From an uncultured Pseudomonadota bacterium (lineage in GTDB: Bacteria; Oederibacteriota; Muellerivitia; Muellerivitales; Muellerivitaceae), in the NCBI GenBank assembly GCA_963770835.1, contig CAVYRH010000007.1, positions 1 through 64,000 of the forward strand: a stretch of DNA of 64,000 bases, read 5' to 3'. The notes below the pieces were generated by a model. That model searched no databases. It was not told the DNA's origin and was given only the letters and a program-made list of their open reading frames with translations. Positions 10,553 through 20,623 of the stretch are shown here, piece after piece. How positions within the stretch are numbered: the first letter of the stretch is position 1; the number at the start of each line of letters is the position of its first letter. A program made the position numbers and the translations under genes.

Positions 10553-11092
10553 ATGCTCTTTACCAACAGTTTTCCCGAAAATGAAACCACTCGTCTTGTC
10601 GGCGAAATGGCCTCCTTCATTAAGACTCAAAGGGAGGTTTTCGCCCCCCAAGCCGCGCCGCTTTCCCCCAAAGAACAGGAAATATTCAAGCCCTTTTTCA
10701 CCGAAGCGATTTTGAATACCACGCTATTTTTACGGAAAACTGACGGCCCTATCGAAAGTCCCGATTTTGTCAAGGAGTTGAACGACCGGGGCATCCTTTT
10801 TTCCCTGGACCGGATGGAAGCCGTCACCTTCGTGGACGTGGTTGTGTCCTACAACGGCTTAGAATCCAAGGTCCGGTTCCATGAGTTGGTGCACGCGGTT
10901 CAATATCAAAAAATGGGTTTGAAACAGTTCGCCAACAAATACTTACGGGGACTTTTGCTGCGGGGCAGTTATGAGAAAATCCCCTTGGAAAACAACGCGC
11001 ACCTTTTAGAGGAAGCCTATGTTAAGGACCCCGCCAAGCCCTTCTCCGTTGAGGCCGAAGTCCAGCGCTGGATCAACGAAAATAAGTTTTGA
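10553..11092 (+). CDS. Hypothetical protein with HExxH zincin-like motif
   Basis: EAVTF...FHELVHAVQY...YEKIPLE. Confidence 0.7.
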   Translation: MLFTNSFPENETTRLVGEMASFIKTQREVFAPQAAPLSPKEQEIFKPFFTEAILNTTLFLRKTDGPIESPDFVKELNDRGILFSLDRMEAVTFVDVVVSYNGLESKVRFHELVHAVQYQKMGLKQFANKYLRGLLLRGSYEKIPLENNAHLLEEAYVKDPAKPFSVEAEVQRWINENKF

Positions 11093-11143
11093 GGCCGGAA
11101 TATTTTAAAGCGGGGTTCCCGCTGGCCTGAACCCTCCCGAAAA

Positions 11144-11353
11144 TCACATCTTCAAAAGATCTAGAACCTTGTAGACTAGGACTGCGGGCCAAAAAAGGGC
11201 CTTGATGACGCCGATCACACCGGCCCAAAAGCTCGTGGCTTGATGGAGGAAGTAAAACAACGCCCCGATTGCCCCCATTCCGTAGATCGCCCCGTTTCCC
11301 CTCATGCGTCCCCTCCCATGGCACTTTTTAGATGAGTCGTTTTCATGGTTCAT
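11144..11353 (-). CDS. Small membrane protein (69 aa)
   Basis: GGAGGAGG RBS before ATG 11353; GAIYGMGAIGALFYF...FWAGVIGVIKALFWPAVLVY hydrophobic helices. Confidence 0.75.
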   Translation of the reverse strand: MNHENDSSKKCHGRGRMRGNGAIYGMGAIGALFYFLHQATSFWAGVIGVIKALFWPAVLVYKVLDLLKM

Positions 11354-11610
11354 TTCCTCCTCCTTTGGACGGGTCCAGAATAAGGCGACGGGGGTTGCCG
11401 GGAATATGATGCGGCATAGGTTAAAGGGATTGCCGGGGTAAAATAGATCCCTTCTTGTGGTAGGATTCGAAAAGTCCAAAGAGACCCGACTAGAGTCTAT
11501 TTGGGGGAACAAATCAACCCCTTGCCATTAGCGGGGGGACAGCGTAAAGTTAACTGTAAGTTAGTTCAATCGGCGGCCGGGGATACCGGTCCCTTCAGGA
11601 GAGCCAAAAG

Positions 11611-12231
11611 ATGCCAGCTACGAAGATCACACCGAATAGCACCATGCAGGAGGTCCTGGACAACTATCCTAGCGCCCAAAGAGCCCTTTTTCGCCGTTAC
11701 CACATCGGCGGTTGCCATAGCTGCGGTTACGAACCAGGGGACATCCTACGGGAAGTGGCGGCTCGCCACGACATCACCGACATGGCGGAAGTCCTGGCCT
11801 TCATTGAGGAAGCCGAGCAGATCGACCAACGCATCAAGATCAGCCCCAAGGAAGTTGCCGAGGCCCTGAAGAACGGCAACAAGCCCCGTCTGATCGACGT
11901 ACGGACGCCCGACGAACTCAAGTTGGCACAGATCGAAGGGGCGGCTCTTATTACGGAAGACCTGGCCCAGGAAATTTATTCCTGGCCCAAGGACACCTCG
12001 ATTGTGTTCTTCTGCCACCAGGGAGAGCGAAGCATGGACGCGGCCTCCTATTTCGCGGGCCATGGTTTCCTCAATGCAAAGTCGATGACCGGCGGAATCG
12101 ACGCCTGGTCCCGGGAGGTGGATTCCAACGTGCCGCGTTATGAGGTGGCCCGGGACATGACCACCGGAAGGCCCAGCCTGCGCCCTTTGCGCACGGTGGT
12201 GTCACAAGCCGAGGGATGTGTCAATCCTTAG
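11611..12231 (+). CDS. Rhodanese-domain protein with N-terminal CxxC domain
   Basis: N-terminal HIGGCHSC; LIDVRT, CHQGERS active-site loop, MTGGIDAW. Confidence 0.85.
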   Translation: MPATKITPNSTMQEVLDNYPSAQRALFRRYHIGGCHSCGYEPGDILREVAARHDITDMAEVLAFIEEAEQIDQRIKISPKEVAEALKNGNKPRLIDVRTPDELKLAQIEGAALITEDLAQEIYSWPKDTSIVFFCHQGERSMDAASYFAGHGFLNAKSMTGGIDAWSREVDSNVPRYEVARDMTTGRPSLRPLRTVVSQAEGCVNP

Positions 12232-12246
12232 ACGAACCTATAATCC

Positions 12247-12277
12247 AAGGGGGCCGGAATTCCGGCCCCTTTTTTTT
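12247..12277 (+). terminator. Rho-independent terminator
   Basis: GGGGCCGG-AATT-CCGGCCCC followed by a T run. Confidence 0.85.
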
Positions 12278-12339
12278 ATGCCTTTTTCAGGAGATGTATT
12301 GTGAGAATGACGGCACGGACCGTGGCGGAGTAGGGGAAA

Positions 12340-12885
12340 ATGGAACATCCTCAACACCGTGAAACTACCCACCGGCTGGCCCGTAGGGTCCTTTTCAGCT
12401 TCGCCCTGACCTTCCTGATCGCCCGGGCCGATGTCTTCCTGATCATGTCCCACCAGATACCCAACGGGTATCTTTTCATGGGGGGAACCCATGTTCACCA
12501 CCTGAATTACGGCATATTTCTTCTCTCCACGGTGGCGGGCTTCAGCATTTTCCGGCGTCCTACCGGGCGGGCGGCGGAAATGACCGCCCTTCTCTACGGC
12601 TTTGCCATGGCCCTCACCTTCGACGAATTTGGGATGTGGCTTCACCTTGGCGGCAGTTACTGGCAAAGGGTGAGTATCGACGCCGTCATCATCGTGGCGG
12701 CCTTGATCGGGTTGCTCGCCTTTGGCCGGACCATCGAACGTTTCGAATCGCGCCATCTTTGGGCCTTCCTCATCCTGGCGCTCATCTTGGGCTTGTTCGC
12801 CTTCGTCCTCTTCACGGCGGGAAACAAAATCGGCGCCATCGTAGGTCCTCAATTGGAACAGCTTGAATCTTCTTCCTCCCCGTAA
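12340..12885 (+). CDS. Integral membrane protein
   Basis: Several TM segments; HVHHLNYGI, ALTFDEFGMWLHL and YWQR motifs. Confidence 0.8.
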   Translation: MEHPQHRETTHRLARRVLFSFALTFLIARADVFLIMSHQIPNGYLFMGGTHVHHLNYGIFLLSTVAGFSIFRRPTGRAAEMTALLYGFAMALTFDEFGMWLHLGGSYWQRVSIDAVIIVAALIGLLAFGRTIERFESRHLWAFLILALILGLFAFVLFTAGNKIGAIVGPQLEQLESSSSP

Positions 12886-13007
12886 ATCTTCAAAAAATCA
12901 GTGGTCATTTGGGTTCTTTAAAAGCATTCTCCACTGTCGAATTCAGCCCGGAAACCCTGTACCATAGGGAATTCCTCGGAGTCTAATTCACCATCTGGAG
13001 GCCGCCC

Positions 13008-14792
13008 TTGCTGAAAAAACTATGCCTTTGCCTGGCGTTGATCCTGCCGCTTCCCCTTTTCGCCCAAACCCCCCCGCCCGGAGGCCAGTCCCTTTTCGAT
13101 AAACCCGGCTTGGACGCCCTCCAGTTGGACGGCGCGAAAGACAAGGGGACGATGGAAAAGGTCGAAGTGGAAGGGCAAACTTTCAAGGAGGCCATACGGC
13201 TCACCACGCTGCAGGCCGGAGACACCCCCTGGAGCGTGCAGGTGGACGCGATTTGCACCTCTCCTATCAAAACCGGTGACGTGATCCTTTGCCAGTTTTG
13301 GATGAAGGCCGCGAAAACCCACGTTGAAAACGGGGAAGCCAAGAGCGAATTCGACTTCGAGCGCCTCGGCGATCCCTGGACCAAGGCCTCCACTTACGCC
13401 CTCTCCACCGGGCCCCAGTGGAAACAATACTCCATCCCCTTCACGGCTGTGGAGGACCTGGATGCGGGCAAGTCCCACATCTGCTTCCGGATGGGCTATC
13501 AGCCCCAGGCCTTCGAATTGGCTGGGCTTACCCTGCTGGATTACGGGACCAGTAAAAAGCTCGCCGACATGCCTCAGACCAAGGCAGGCTATGAAGGCAT
13601 GGATGCCGACGCCCCCTGGCGCAAGCTGGCCCAGGACCGAATCGAGAAAATCCGCAAGGGCGACCTGACGGTGGCGGTAAAGGACGCCTCGGGCCAGCCG
13701 GTCTCCGGCGCCAAGGTATCCGTGCGCATGAAGAAGCAGGCCTTCGGCTGGGGGACCGCCGTTGTGGCCCAGAAGCTGGCGGTGTCCGGTAGTGAAAACG
13801 ACCAGTACCAAAAGGAAGTGGAGCGGCTCTTCAATCGCATCGTCTTCGAGAATGACCTCAAATGGGGGATGTGGGAGGACGGCGCATCCAATACGGGCTA
13901 CTGGAGGCGGGAATACGTGGACGGGGCTTTGAAATGGCTTTCCGACCGGCATATCGATGTGCGGGGCCACAACATGGTCTGGGGTTCCTGGCGCTGGCTT
14001 CCGGCAAGCATCAAGCAGCTCCAGGGGGATCCGAAGGCCCTAGAGGCGGCTATTGAAAAGCGCATCGCCGACGTGGGCGGGGCCATGAAGGGCCACGTCA
14101 TCGAGTGGGATGTAGTGAACGAACCGGTCCCGGAACACGACCTGACCGACATCCTGGGCAAGTCGGCCATGGTGACCTGGTACAACGCCGCCCGAAAGGC
14201 GGACCCCAAGGCGCTCCTTTTCGTGAACGACTATCCCAGCCCCGACGATGCCGGCCATCTGGACGGCTTCGACCAGGACATCCAGTTCCTCCTGGACAAC
14301 CACGCACCGCTTCAGGCGGTCGGTCTCCAGGGCCACGTGGGTGGTTCTCCCTGGTCCATCTCCTCCCTGTTGGCCACCCTGGACAAGCTGGGAGCCCACG
14401 GGCTTCCCATTGAAATCACCGAATACGACACGGATATCAAGGACGACCAGCTGGACGCCCAGTTCCTCAAGGACTTCCTGACGGCCGTTTTCAGCCATCC
14501 CTCGGTGGAAGGCTTCATGATGTGGGGTTTCTGGGACGGCGCCCATTGGCATCACAAGGCGCCCCTTTTCAACCAGGATTGGTCGCCCAAACCTTCCGAC
14601 AAGGTTTACGAGGATTTGGTGCTCCACGACTGGTGGACTAACGCCGACGGGGCCACGGACGCCACGGGTTCCTATGCGGTGCGGGGTTTTCTGGGGGATT
14701 ACGAGGTGACGGTTACCCAGGGTTCCAAAACCGTGAAGGTTCCTTTCAAGCTGGGGAATGAAGGACTGACCCTTCCGGTGACGTTGAAATAG
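13008..14792 (+). CDS. Secreted GH10 endo-1,4-beta-xylanase-like enzyme with N-terminal CBM-like domain
   Basis: FENDLKW, VRGHNMVW, WDVVNEP (acid/base), GLQGH, EITEYD (nucleophile), WGFWD. Confidence 0.9.
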   Translation: MLKKLCLCLALILPLPLFAQTPPPGGQSLFDKPGLDALQLDGAKDKGTMEKVEVEGQTFKEAIRLTTLQAGDTPWSVQVDAICTSPIKTGDVILCQFWMKAAKTHVENGEAKSEFDFERLGDPWTKASTYALSTGPQWKQYSIPFTAVEDLDAGKSHICFRMGYQPQAFELAGLTLLDYGTSKKLADMPQTKAGYEGMDADAPWRKLAQDRIEKIRKGDLTVAVKDASGQPVSGAKVSVRMKKQAFGWGTAVVAQKLAVSGSENDQYQKEVERLFNRIVFENDLKWGMWEDGASNTGYWRREYVDGALKWLSDRHIDVRGHNMVWGSWRWLPASIKQLQGDPKALEAAIEKRIADVGGAMKGHVIEWDVVNEPVPEHDLTDILGKSAMVTWYNAARKADPKALLFVNDYPSPDDAGHLDGFDQDIQFLLDNHAPLQAVGLQGHVGGSPWSISSLLATLDKLGAHGLPIEITEYDTDIKDDQLDAQFLKDFLTAVFSHPSVEGFMMWGFWDGAHWHHKAPLFNQDWSPKPSDKVYEDLVLHDWWTNADGATDATGSYAVRGFLGDYEVTVTQGSKTVKVPFKLGNEGLTLPVTLK

Positions 14793-14795
14793 TCC

Positions 14796-17270
14796 TCAAA
14801 CCGGATTTTCGGGCCATTTGTGCCTGGGATAGCGCCGGGAAAGCTCCTTGCGGGTTTGGGGATAGTGGTTCTTCCAAAAGCCCTCCAGGTCGCTGGTGAC
14901 CTGGACGGGCTGCTGGGCGGGCGATAGCAGGTGAAGGACGATGGGAATCTCACCGCCCGCAACCTTTGGCCCCTGCCTCATGCCGAAGAAATCCTGGATT
15001 CGGGACTGACCCCATGGTTGCTTGCCTTCCTCGTAATGGATGGACAAGCGCCTGCCGGAAGGTAAGGCGATTTGGGTGGGGGCCAGTTTTTCCAGCAGTA
15101 CCTGGTCCTTCGGGGACAGGCGGGACCGTAGGGCCGCTACCAAGCCTGCCGCCTTCAGGTCTTCTAAACTCCGGCAGCCCTCGCAGAGCCCTTTCAAGGT
15201 TTCTTCCACTTCGGTTTTCGAAATAACGGGAAACTCCCCGGCCCTTTGGCCCGTAAACTTCACACGGTTCAAGAAAGCTTCCAGTTCCTCCGGATCGCAA
15301 TAAGCCGCCGGGCCCAAGGCCACGGCTTCCTTGAAAAGTAAATCCCGCGTTTCGGGGCCGAAGTCCCTGGAAGAAAGCGGTTTTTCATCCAAAACCAATC
15401 CGCCGTATTTCAACCGTTTAAAACCTTCGATTCTTCCACCCTTTTCATTCCACTCGCAAACCTGTTCCTCTTTCAATTGGTCGGGGAAAAAGTCGAGCAG
15501 CCAGTCCATCTCAATGGGGCACAGCGACCGTGCCTTGACCTGGGATTGAGCCCCGCCGCCCGCCCGGTCTTTCATTCCCTGGGTCATTTCCTGGGCCTCC
15601 ACCACCACGAAATACTCGTGGGCGCGGATAAAAGGACTGTCGGAGGCCACGGCGGAGCCGCCGCTGGAGAGTAAAAGCTCTTTTTTTCGTCCACCCAGGT
15701 TCCGGGAAGCGGTGGATTCGCCGGGCCGCACCTTCGCGACGCGGTCGGGAAAGGCGGTTAGGAGGGATTTGGCGAGAACCGTGAAATCCGAGTGACCTTT
15801 TTTCCCCCTGGATAATCCCAACAGCCCTGCGAGCTTTTCTTCCAACCTCTTGGCTTCAAAGTCCGGCCGGTATTTTCCGAGCTCTTCCAGCAGGTCTTCG
15901 GTATCGGGACGTTCCTCGCTAATCAGGGATGCTAAACAGCAGGCTTGTTCCAGAGCCGTGGAATCACCGGAGGCGAGGTTCTTTGCCTCCAGGAGGAACT
16001 TGGCCAGCCGGGGTGCCACCGGAAGGCCGGCCATATTCCGACCCAAGGGGGTCAGTCGGCCCGCTCCAACCGCGCCCAAACGCTGGAGCAGGACCTGGGC
16101 CGCCTCCAATGATGCGGGGGAGGGTTTCAAGAACCAGGGAAAGGCGGCCAAGTCCTCCACGCCTAGGGACATCAGGTCCAAGAGGCTCCGGCACAGGTCG
16201 GCCCGCAGGATTTCAGGCAGGTCGAAGGCGGCCCGGTGATCGAAATCGAACTTGGTATAGAGCCGGAAACAAACTCCGGCCTGCAGGCGGCCCGCCCGGC
16301 CCGCCCTTTGGACGGCGGAGGCCTGGCTTGAGGAAACCGTCACGAGGCCGGACAGCCCCGACCAGGCCGAAACACGGGACTGCCGCGTCAGGCCCGAATC
16401 CACCACTGCCGTCACGCCGGGGACGGTAAGTGAGGTTTCCGCAATATTGGTGCTGAGGATGACCTTGCTCCCCGACGCCGGTTGAAGCACAGCCTGTTGT
16501 TCGGAAACGGAAAGATCGCCGTAAAGGGCGTGGACTTCGGGGATTTCCTTCTGGAGGACTTGCAGGCAACGCCGGATTTCGGCCAGGCCGGGCAGGAAAA
16601 CCAAGGCCGTTCCTTGTATTCCTTTTCCGGCAAGGTGTTTTAAGGCGGAGCGAACCTTGAGGGCCAAGTCCGGTTCTTGGGGGAAGGGATGGTACTCCAC
16701 GTCCACGGGAAAGGTGCGGCCCTCGCTTTTAAAGACGGGACAGTTGGAAAGATAAACCGATAATTCCTGGGAATCCAGGGTGGCGCTCATCACCACAATA
16801 CGCAGGTCCGGACGGGAGCCCAGCTGTAGACGCCGGAGGAATCCGAGGGCCAGTTCCAGCTCCAGACTGCGCTCATGGAACTCATCCAATACGACGGCAC
16901 CCACGCGGGTAAGCCGTGAGTCTTCCTGCGCCAGGGGAAGGAGCATGCCGTCGGTCATGAATTTCAGCCGGGTTTCACGGCCCGCCACCTTCTCGAACCG
17001 GAATTGGTAGCCCACCCGCCGTCCTATTTCCTCCCCCAACTCCTGGGCCACGCGGAGGGCCGCCAGCTTGGCCGCCAGCCTTCTCGGCTGGAGGACCCAG
17101 ATTTCCTTGTCCCGGGTAAAGACGGTGGAGAGGAGGGCAGGGGGTACCCGGGTGGTTTTACCCGCCCCAGGCTCGGCCGTCACCACGGCGGCGTTTTGTT
17201 TTTCCAAAGCCTCCAGGATTCGGGGGAGAAGCGGGTCGATGGGAAGGGGTGATAAGGGGGGGGGGGCCAT
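14796..17270 (-). CDS. hrpB: ATP-dependent helicase HrpB
   Basis: AEPGAGKTT, QPRRLAA, DEFHERS, MSAT, TNIAETSLT, QRAGRAGR; C-terminal LLSP...FW..YP..RKELSRRYPRHKWP. Confidence 0.93.
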   Translation of the reverse strand: MAPPPLSPLPIDPLLPRILEALEKQNAAVVTAEPGAGKTTRVPPALLSTVFTRDKEIWVLQPRRLAAKLAALRVAQELGEEIGRRVGYQFRFEKVAGRETRLKFMTDGMLLPLAQEDSRLTRVGAVVLDEFHERSLELELALGFLRRLQLGSRPDLRIVVMSATLDSQELSVYLSNCPVFKSEGRTFPVDVEYHPFPQEPDLALKVRSALKHLAGKGIQGTALVFLPGLAEIRRCLQVLQKEIPEVHALYGDLSVSEQQAVLQPASGSKVILSTNIAETSLTVPGVTAVVDSGLTRQSRVSAWSGLSGLVTVSSSQASAVQRAGRAGRLQAGVCFRLYTKFDFDHRAAFDLPEILRADLCRSLLDLMSLGVEDLAAFPWFLKPSPASLEAAQVLLQRLGAVGAGRLTPLGRNMAGLPVAPRLAKFLLEAKNLASGDSTALEQACCLASLISEERPDTEDLLEELGKYRPDFEAKRLEEKLAGLLGLSRGKKGHSDFTVLAKSLLTAFPDRVAKVRPGESTASRNLGGRKKELLLSSGGSAVASDSPFIRAHEYFVVVEAQEMTQGMKDRAGGGAQSQVKARSLCPIEMDWLLDFFPDQLKEEQVCEWNEKGGRIEGFKRLKYGGLVLDEKPLSSRDFGPETRDLLFKEAVALGPAAYCDPEELEAFLNRVKFTGQRAGEFPVISKTEVEETLKGLCEGCRSLEDLKAAGLVAALRSRLSPKDQVLLEKLAPTQIALPSGRRLSIHYEEGKQPWGQSRIQDFFGMRQGPKVAGGEIPIVLHLLSPAQQPVQVTSDLEGFWKNHYPQTRKELSRRYPRHKWPENPV

Positions 17271-17316
17271 TGCAGGAGTTTACATTAAAAAGCGGGGGAG
17301 TTGTCTTTCCGAAGCC

Positions 17317-19698
17317 TTAATTATCGTCAATGACGAGCAGCTTTCCCGTTTGCAAGACTGTATTTTCCTGCTGGATAACGTAGTAATAAATGCCTGGAGA
17401 AACCGGCACGCCGTTTTGGTTATGCCCTTCCCAGGTCGTCAGGGAACTCGTGGAATCCATCCTCCTGGTCAGTTCCCCGGAAAGGGTATAGAAACAAACG
17501 TGGGATCCTTCCGGAAGGCAGGAAATCTTCAAGACCCCGTCGACGGCTTTTGAACGATTGAAGGGGTTGGGCCAAACGTGGATTTCGCAGGGTGAAGCAG
17601 AAAGAGGCGCAGTGGGGCTGAAGGTCGGCGTGCCGGATGGACCGGCGATGGGGGTATCAGTGGGAGTAGGGGTAGCCGTAAAGGTTGGTGTTTCCGTCGG
17701 GCTGTAGGTGGGAGTCAGGAATGGGGTAGTAGGTGTCCAAGTAGAGGTTTGCGTAAAGGAAGGCGTGGAAGTCGGCGTCATCGTGGGAGTCATTGTCGGA
17801 GTGGGGGAAGGCGTGGAGGTTACGGTTGGAGTGGGAGATCCAGTGGCCGTCAAGGTCGGCGTAGAAGTATCAGTGGGAGTCACTGTGTCCGTAGGGGTAA
17901 AGCTGGGAGTCGGGGTCGGAGTCCAGGAGGGCGTGAAGGTGGGCGTCGGCGTATCCGAGGTGGAAGTGGTAGGAGTTGGGGAATCGGTGGGTGTGGGGGT
18001 ATCCGTCATCGTCGGCGAATATGTGGGCGTTCCGGTGGGGGTAGGAGTCCCGGAAGGTGTCGGGGTGCCGGTGTTCGTGGGGCTTTCCGTCGGGGTTGGC
18101 GTGACCGTGACCGGTGTCGGAGTCGGGGTCGTCGTATCACTTGGGGTCGGGGTGGGTGTAACCGTGAAAGTCGGCGTTAAAGTGGGGGTAGAACTGGGTG
18201 TGGGTGTCGGAGTTGGGGTTTTCGTGGATGTCGGGCTGTTGGTGGGCGTGGGAGTGGCCGTAGCAGTACGGGTTTCGGTCGACGTGGGGGTATTGGTGGG
18301 GGTCGGGCTGAAGCAGGAACCGCCGGGGGTGGGGGTGGGCACCGGAGTGTTGGAGCTGAAATAGACGCCAGCGGGGTAGCTGTAGGCGTCAGCGTTGCCA
18401 TAACCATAAACCGCAACCCCGAAAGGCGTGGAGGACTGCAGGATGTGCGCGCCCGATGTAACCGAAACCTGAACCCCGTAATAGGGCCCACCTGAGATAA
18501 GGCTGTAGTAACCCGCAGCGATCGGCGAACCATCAATTGTGATCGAACCGGGATTGGATGTCGTCCAGTTCTCGTAGTTGCCCGTGAAGGCGGCCATGGG
18601 CATGGCCGCGACGACATAGCTGGTGTCATATTCGTTGACGGGTGGGACGGACATCATGGAGGGATCGGCATTGTAAGTGGGAGTGGCTGAAGCGGTGCAG
18701 GAATTATCCTGGCAGCCACCGTCGGAAAGCTGCATCACATAGATGGGGTGGTTCGAGGTGATATCCAGCGGCACGGGCTCGTTTTCATCGACCGCCCAGC
18801 CCTGTTGGAGGACGTTCGCGAGGGGTGTGCCGTTGACCGTAATGGTAGTGGCGTTGGACGCGGCCACGAAACGCAGGGTGTCGCCCCCACTACGGGTGGC
18901 GAGGGGCACGGTGAGGAATTCGGTGCCCCAATCGGCCAGGGGCCAAAGTTCCTCCACCAGGTGGTTGCAAGACTGTACCCCTGCGGGAACGAAATCGCAT
19001 TCATGGGCCCCGAAAACCGCCACAGGCTTGTCGGAGGAGAGGGTGGAACCCGTAAGATCGTCGGGAACGGTCGGGTCCTGGAGCTGGTAGACGTCCCCCT
19101 GGTTGAGGGTGACGGTGTAGGGGACTCCGTCGATATGGCTTCCGACGGGCACACGGAGGGTGATGGCGACATGGGTGCAATCCTGCGTGCCCACCATTGC
19201 GAATTCGGAACTGATGAGTGGGCTGCCCTGGTAATTTTCGTTTTTATAAGAACAAACCATGTAGTTGGTTCCGAGGGCTTCCACGGGCAAGCCCAGATAG
19301 CCGTCGGAAGCGTACTGGACATAGTTTAGGCCGTAAACCGAAATCTGGCTGGCCGCCGTCACATGAATGCCAATGGTGGAAACCGCATCGGAAAATTTAG
19401 ATTCGGCCCCCGCCGGCAATAGGACTTGGGTGGAGCCGCCGGCCGCCACGGTAAAGGAGGATGAAAAACCTAAACCTGGGATTTGCACTTGGCCTGAGTT
19501 ACTTGTCGTACTGCCGATCAGTAATTGGAGGGTGGCGGGCTGGCTCGGAGTGCCGGCACCCTGGGGAAAGGTAAGCCAAAATTCGGTCCCCTTACTGGTA
19601 ATGGCGGCGGATAGGGACGCAGGGAGGCCGCCTCCCCAACATTCCAACGCGAGAAAGGCCAAAAGACAAAACCTGGCAAAAAGGTCTAGACGGGGCAT
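17317..19698 (-). CDS. Secreted IgGFc-binding-like protein with long Pro/Thr stalk and C-terminal FlgD-Ig/sorting-like domain
   Basis: [36 protein letters not shown]...YSYPAG; PT repeats; C-terminal VWPNPF...YTLSGE...WEG...G..VSPGIYYY...GKLLVI. Confidence 0.85.
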   Translation of the reverse strand: MPRLDLFARFCLLAFLALECWGGGLPASLSAAITSKGTEFWLTFPQGAGTPSQPATLQLLIGSTTSNSGQVQIPGLGFSSSFTVAAGGSTQVLLPAGAESKFSDAVSTIGIHVTAASQISVYGLNYVQYASDGYLGLPVEALGTNYMVCSYKNENYQGSPLISSEFAMVGTQDCTHVAITLRVPVGSHIDGVPYTVTLNQGDVYQLQDPTVPDDLTGSTLSSDKPVAVFGAHECDFVPAGVQSCNHLVEELWPLADWGTEFLTVPLATRSGGDTLRFVAASNATTITVNGTPLANVLQQGWAVDENEPVPLDITSNHPIYVMQLSDGGCQDNSCTASATPTYNADPSMMSVPPVNEYDTSYVVAAMPMAAFTGNYENWTTSNPGSITIDGSPIAAGYYSLISGGPYYGVQVSVTSGAHILQSSTPFGVAVYGYGNADAYSYPAGVYFSSNTPVPTPTPGGSCFSPTPTNTPTSTETRTATATPTPTNSPTSTKTPTPTPTPSSTPTLTPTFTVTPTPTPSDTTTPTPTPVTVTPTPTESPTNTGTPTPSGTPTPTGTPTYSPTMTDTPTPTDSPTPTTSTSDTPTPTFTPSWTPTPTPSFTPTDTVTPTDTSTPTLTATGSPTPTVTSTPSPTPTMTPTMTPTSTPSFTQTSTWTPTTPFLTPTYSPTETPTFTATPTPTDTPIAGPSGTPTFSPTAPLSASPCEIHVWPNPFNRSKAVDGVLKISCLPEGSHVCFYTLSGELTRRMDSTSSLTTWEGHNQNGVPVSPGIYYYVIQQENTVLQTGKLLVIDDN
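17630..18345 (-). repeat. Low-complexity (Thr-Pro)n coding repeat
   Basis: Roughly 235 codons dominated by TPTPT/TPTxT units. Confidence 0.9.
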
Positions 19699-19786
19699 AC
19701 GCTTTTTCTAACGGCAAAAAGTGGGAACTATGGAGCCTTGAATGTCCGTTTTGGCCGTTCTTTTGCGCTCTTTGTGCCTTGGTGGT

Positions 19787-20392
19787 TCAACCGCCTTTGT
19801 TTTTCCCAACCTGCTTGACCGTCACCAAGCAGGAGACGGATTTGAAATAAGGCTTTTTACCCAAGTGGGCATCACCGATGTTGAATTCCAGGACCCTTAT
19901 TTCCGCGTCGAAACCCGGGTAATGGACGACCCGGAAGGCACTTCGATCGTTGGGAATTCCGGGGCCCGGCCGGAGGGGTCGTGGGGAGAAATTGTCGTCG
20001 GTGCGGAAGTCACTGGCGGCCAGTTCCCGCAAGGTTGGCACATCCGCATCTTCCCGCGGTTTAATAAGATCCTGGCCGTCCTCGTCACTGGAAAAAGAAA
20101 ACATGTAACCCTCGGTGCCATTTTCCCCTGTTTCAGTCGTGATTTGGAGATAGAGGCCGTCCCAAACCTTGGCGTAAAACCGGGTTTCATCACCCGAGGC
20201 AAGCCCCGGAAGGCCTTCGGCTTTGCCATCCTTGAAGCTCAGATAGACGGAAGCCACACTCAAGGCGTCGTGAGGCCCCGTGTGGTCGAATTTTTCGATC
20301 ATGCGGTTGTCATCATCAGCGAACGCCCCAGTGGTGAAACCAAGAGACAACATCCCAGCAAAGGCTAACCCAAGAAAATTTTTCATTTTCAT
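19787..20392 (-). CDS. Secreted hypothetical protein
   Basis: GGAGGAG RBS; signal peptide ending AFA; 201 aa. Confidence 0.7.
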   Translation of the reverse strand: MKMKNFLGLAFAGMLSLGFTTGAFADDDNRMIEKFDHTGPHDALSVASVYLSFKDGKAEGLPGLASGDETRFYAKVWDGLYLQITTETGENGTEGYMFSFSSDEDGQDLIKPREDADVPTLRELAASDFRTDDNFSPRPLRPGPGIPNDRSAFRVVHYPGFDAEIRVLEFNIGDAHLGKKPYFKSVSCLVTVKQVGKNKGG

Positions 20393-20623
20393 GGCTCCTC
20401 CCTTCGAGAGCTTTTACTCTTAATTAAACCCCAAACCCGCCGTTAAACAAGTACCGGATGGAATTTAGAGGGACTTTATTAAATTTAAACCCGTGTAAAA
20501 CGATTCAAGAGTAATCAGGAAAGTCTTTACCCAAATTAAACAATTATTTCACCGATGGGGTGTTTCTTCCCGTGTAAATCTTAGGTTAGGTTGAATTCAA
20601 AGTTAGTTCCAAAGGAGGATACT

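Noticed and set aside
17708..18364. 218-aa Val/Gly-repeat ORF on the plus strand
   Set aside because: Antisense shadow of the Thr-Pro repeat.
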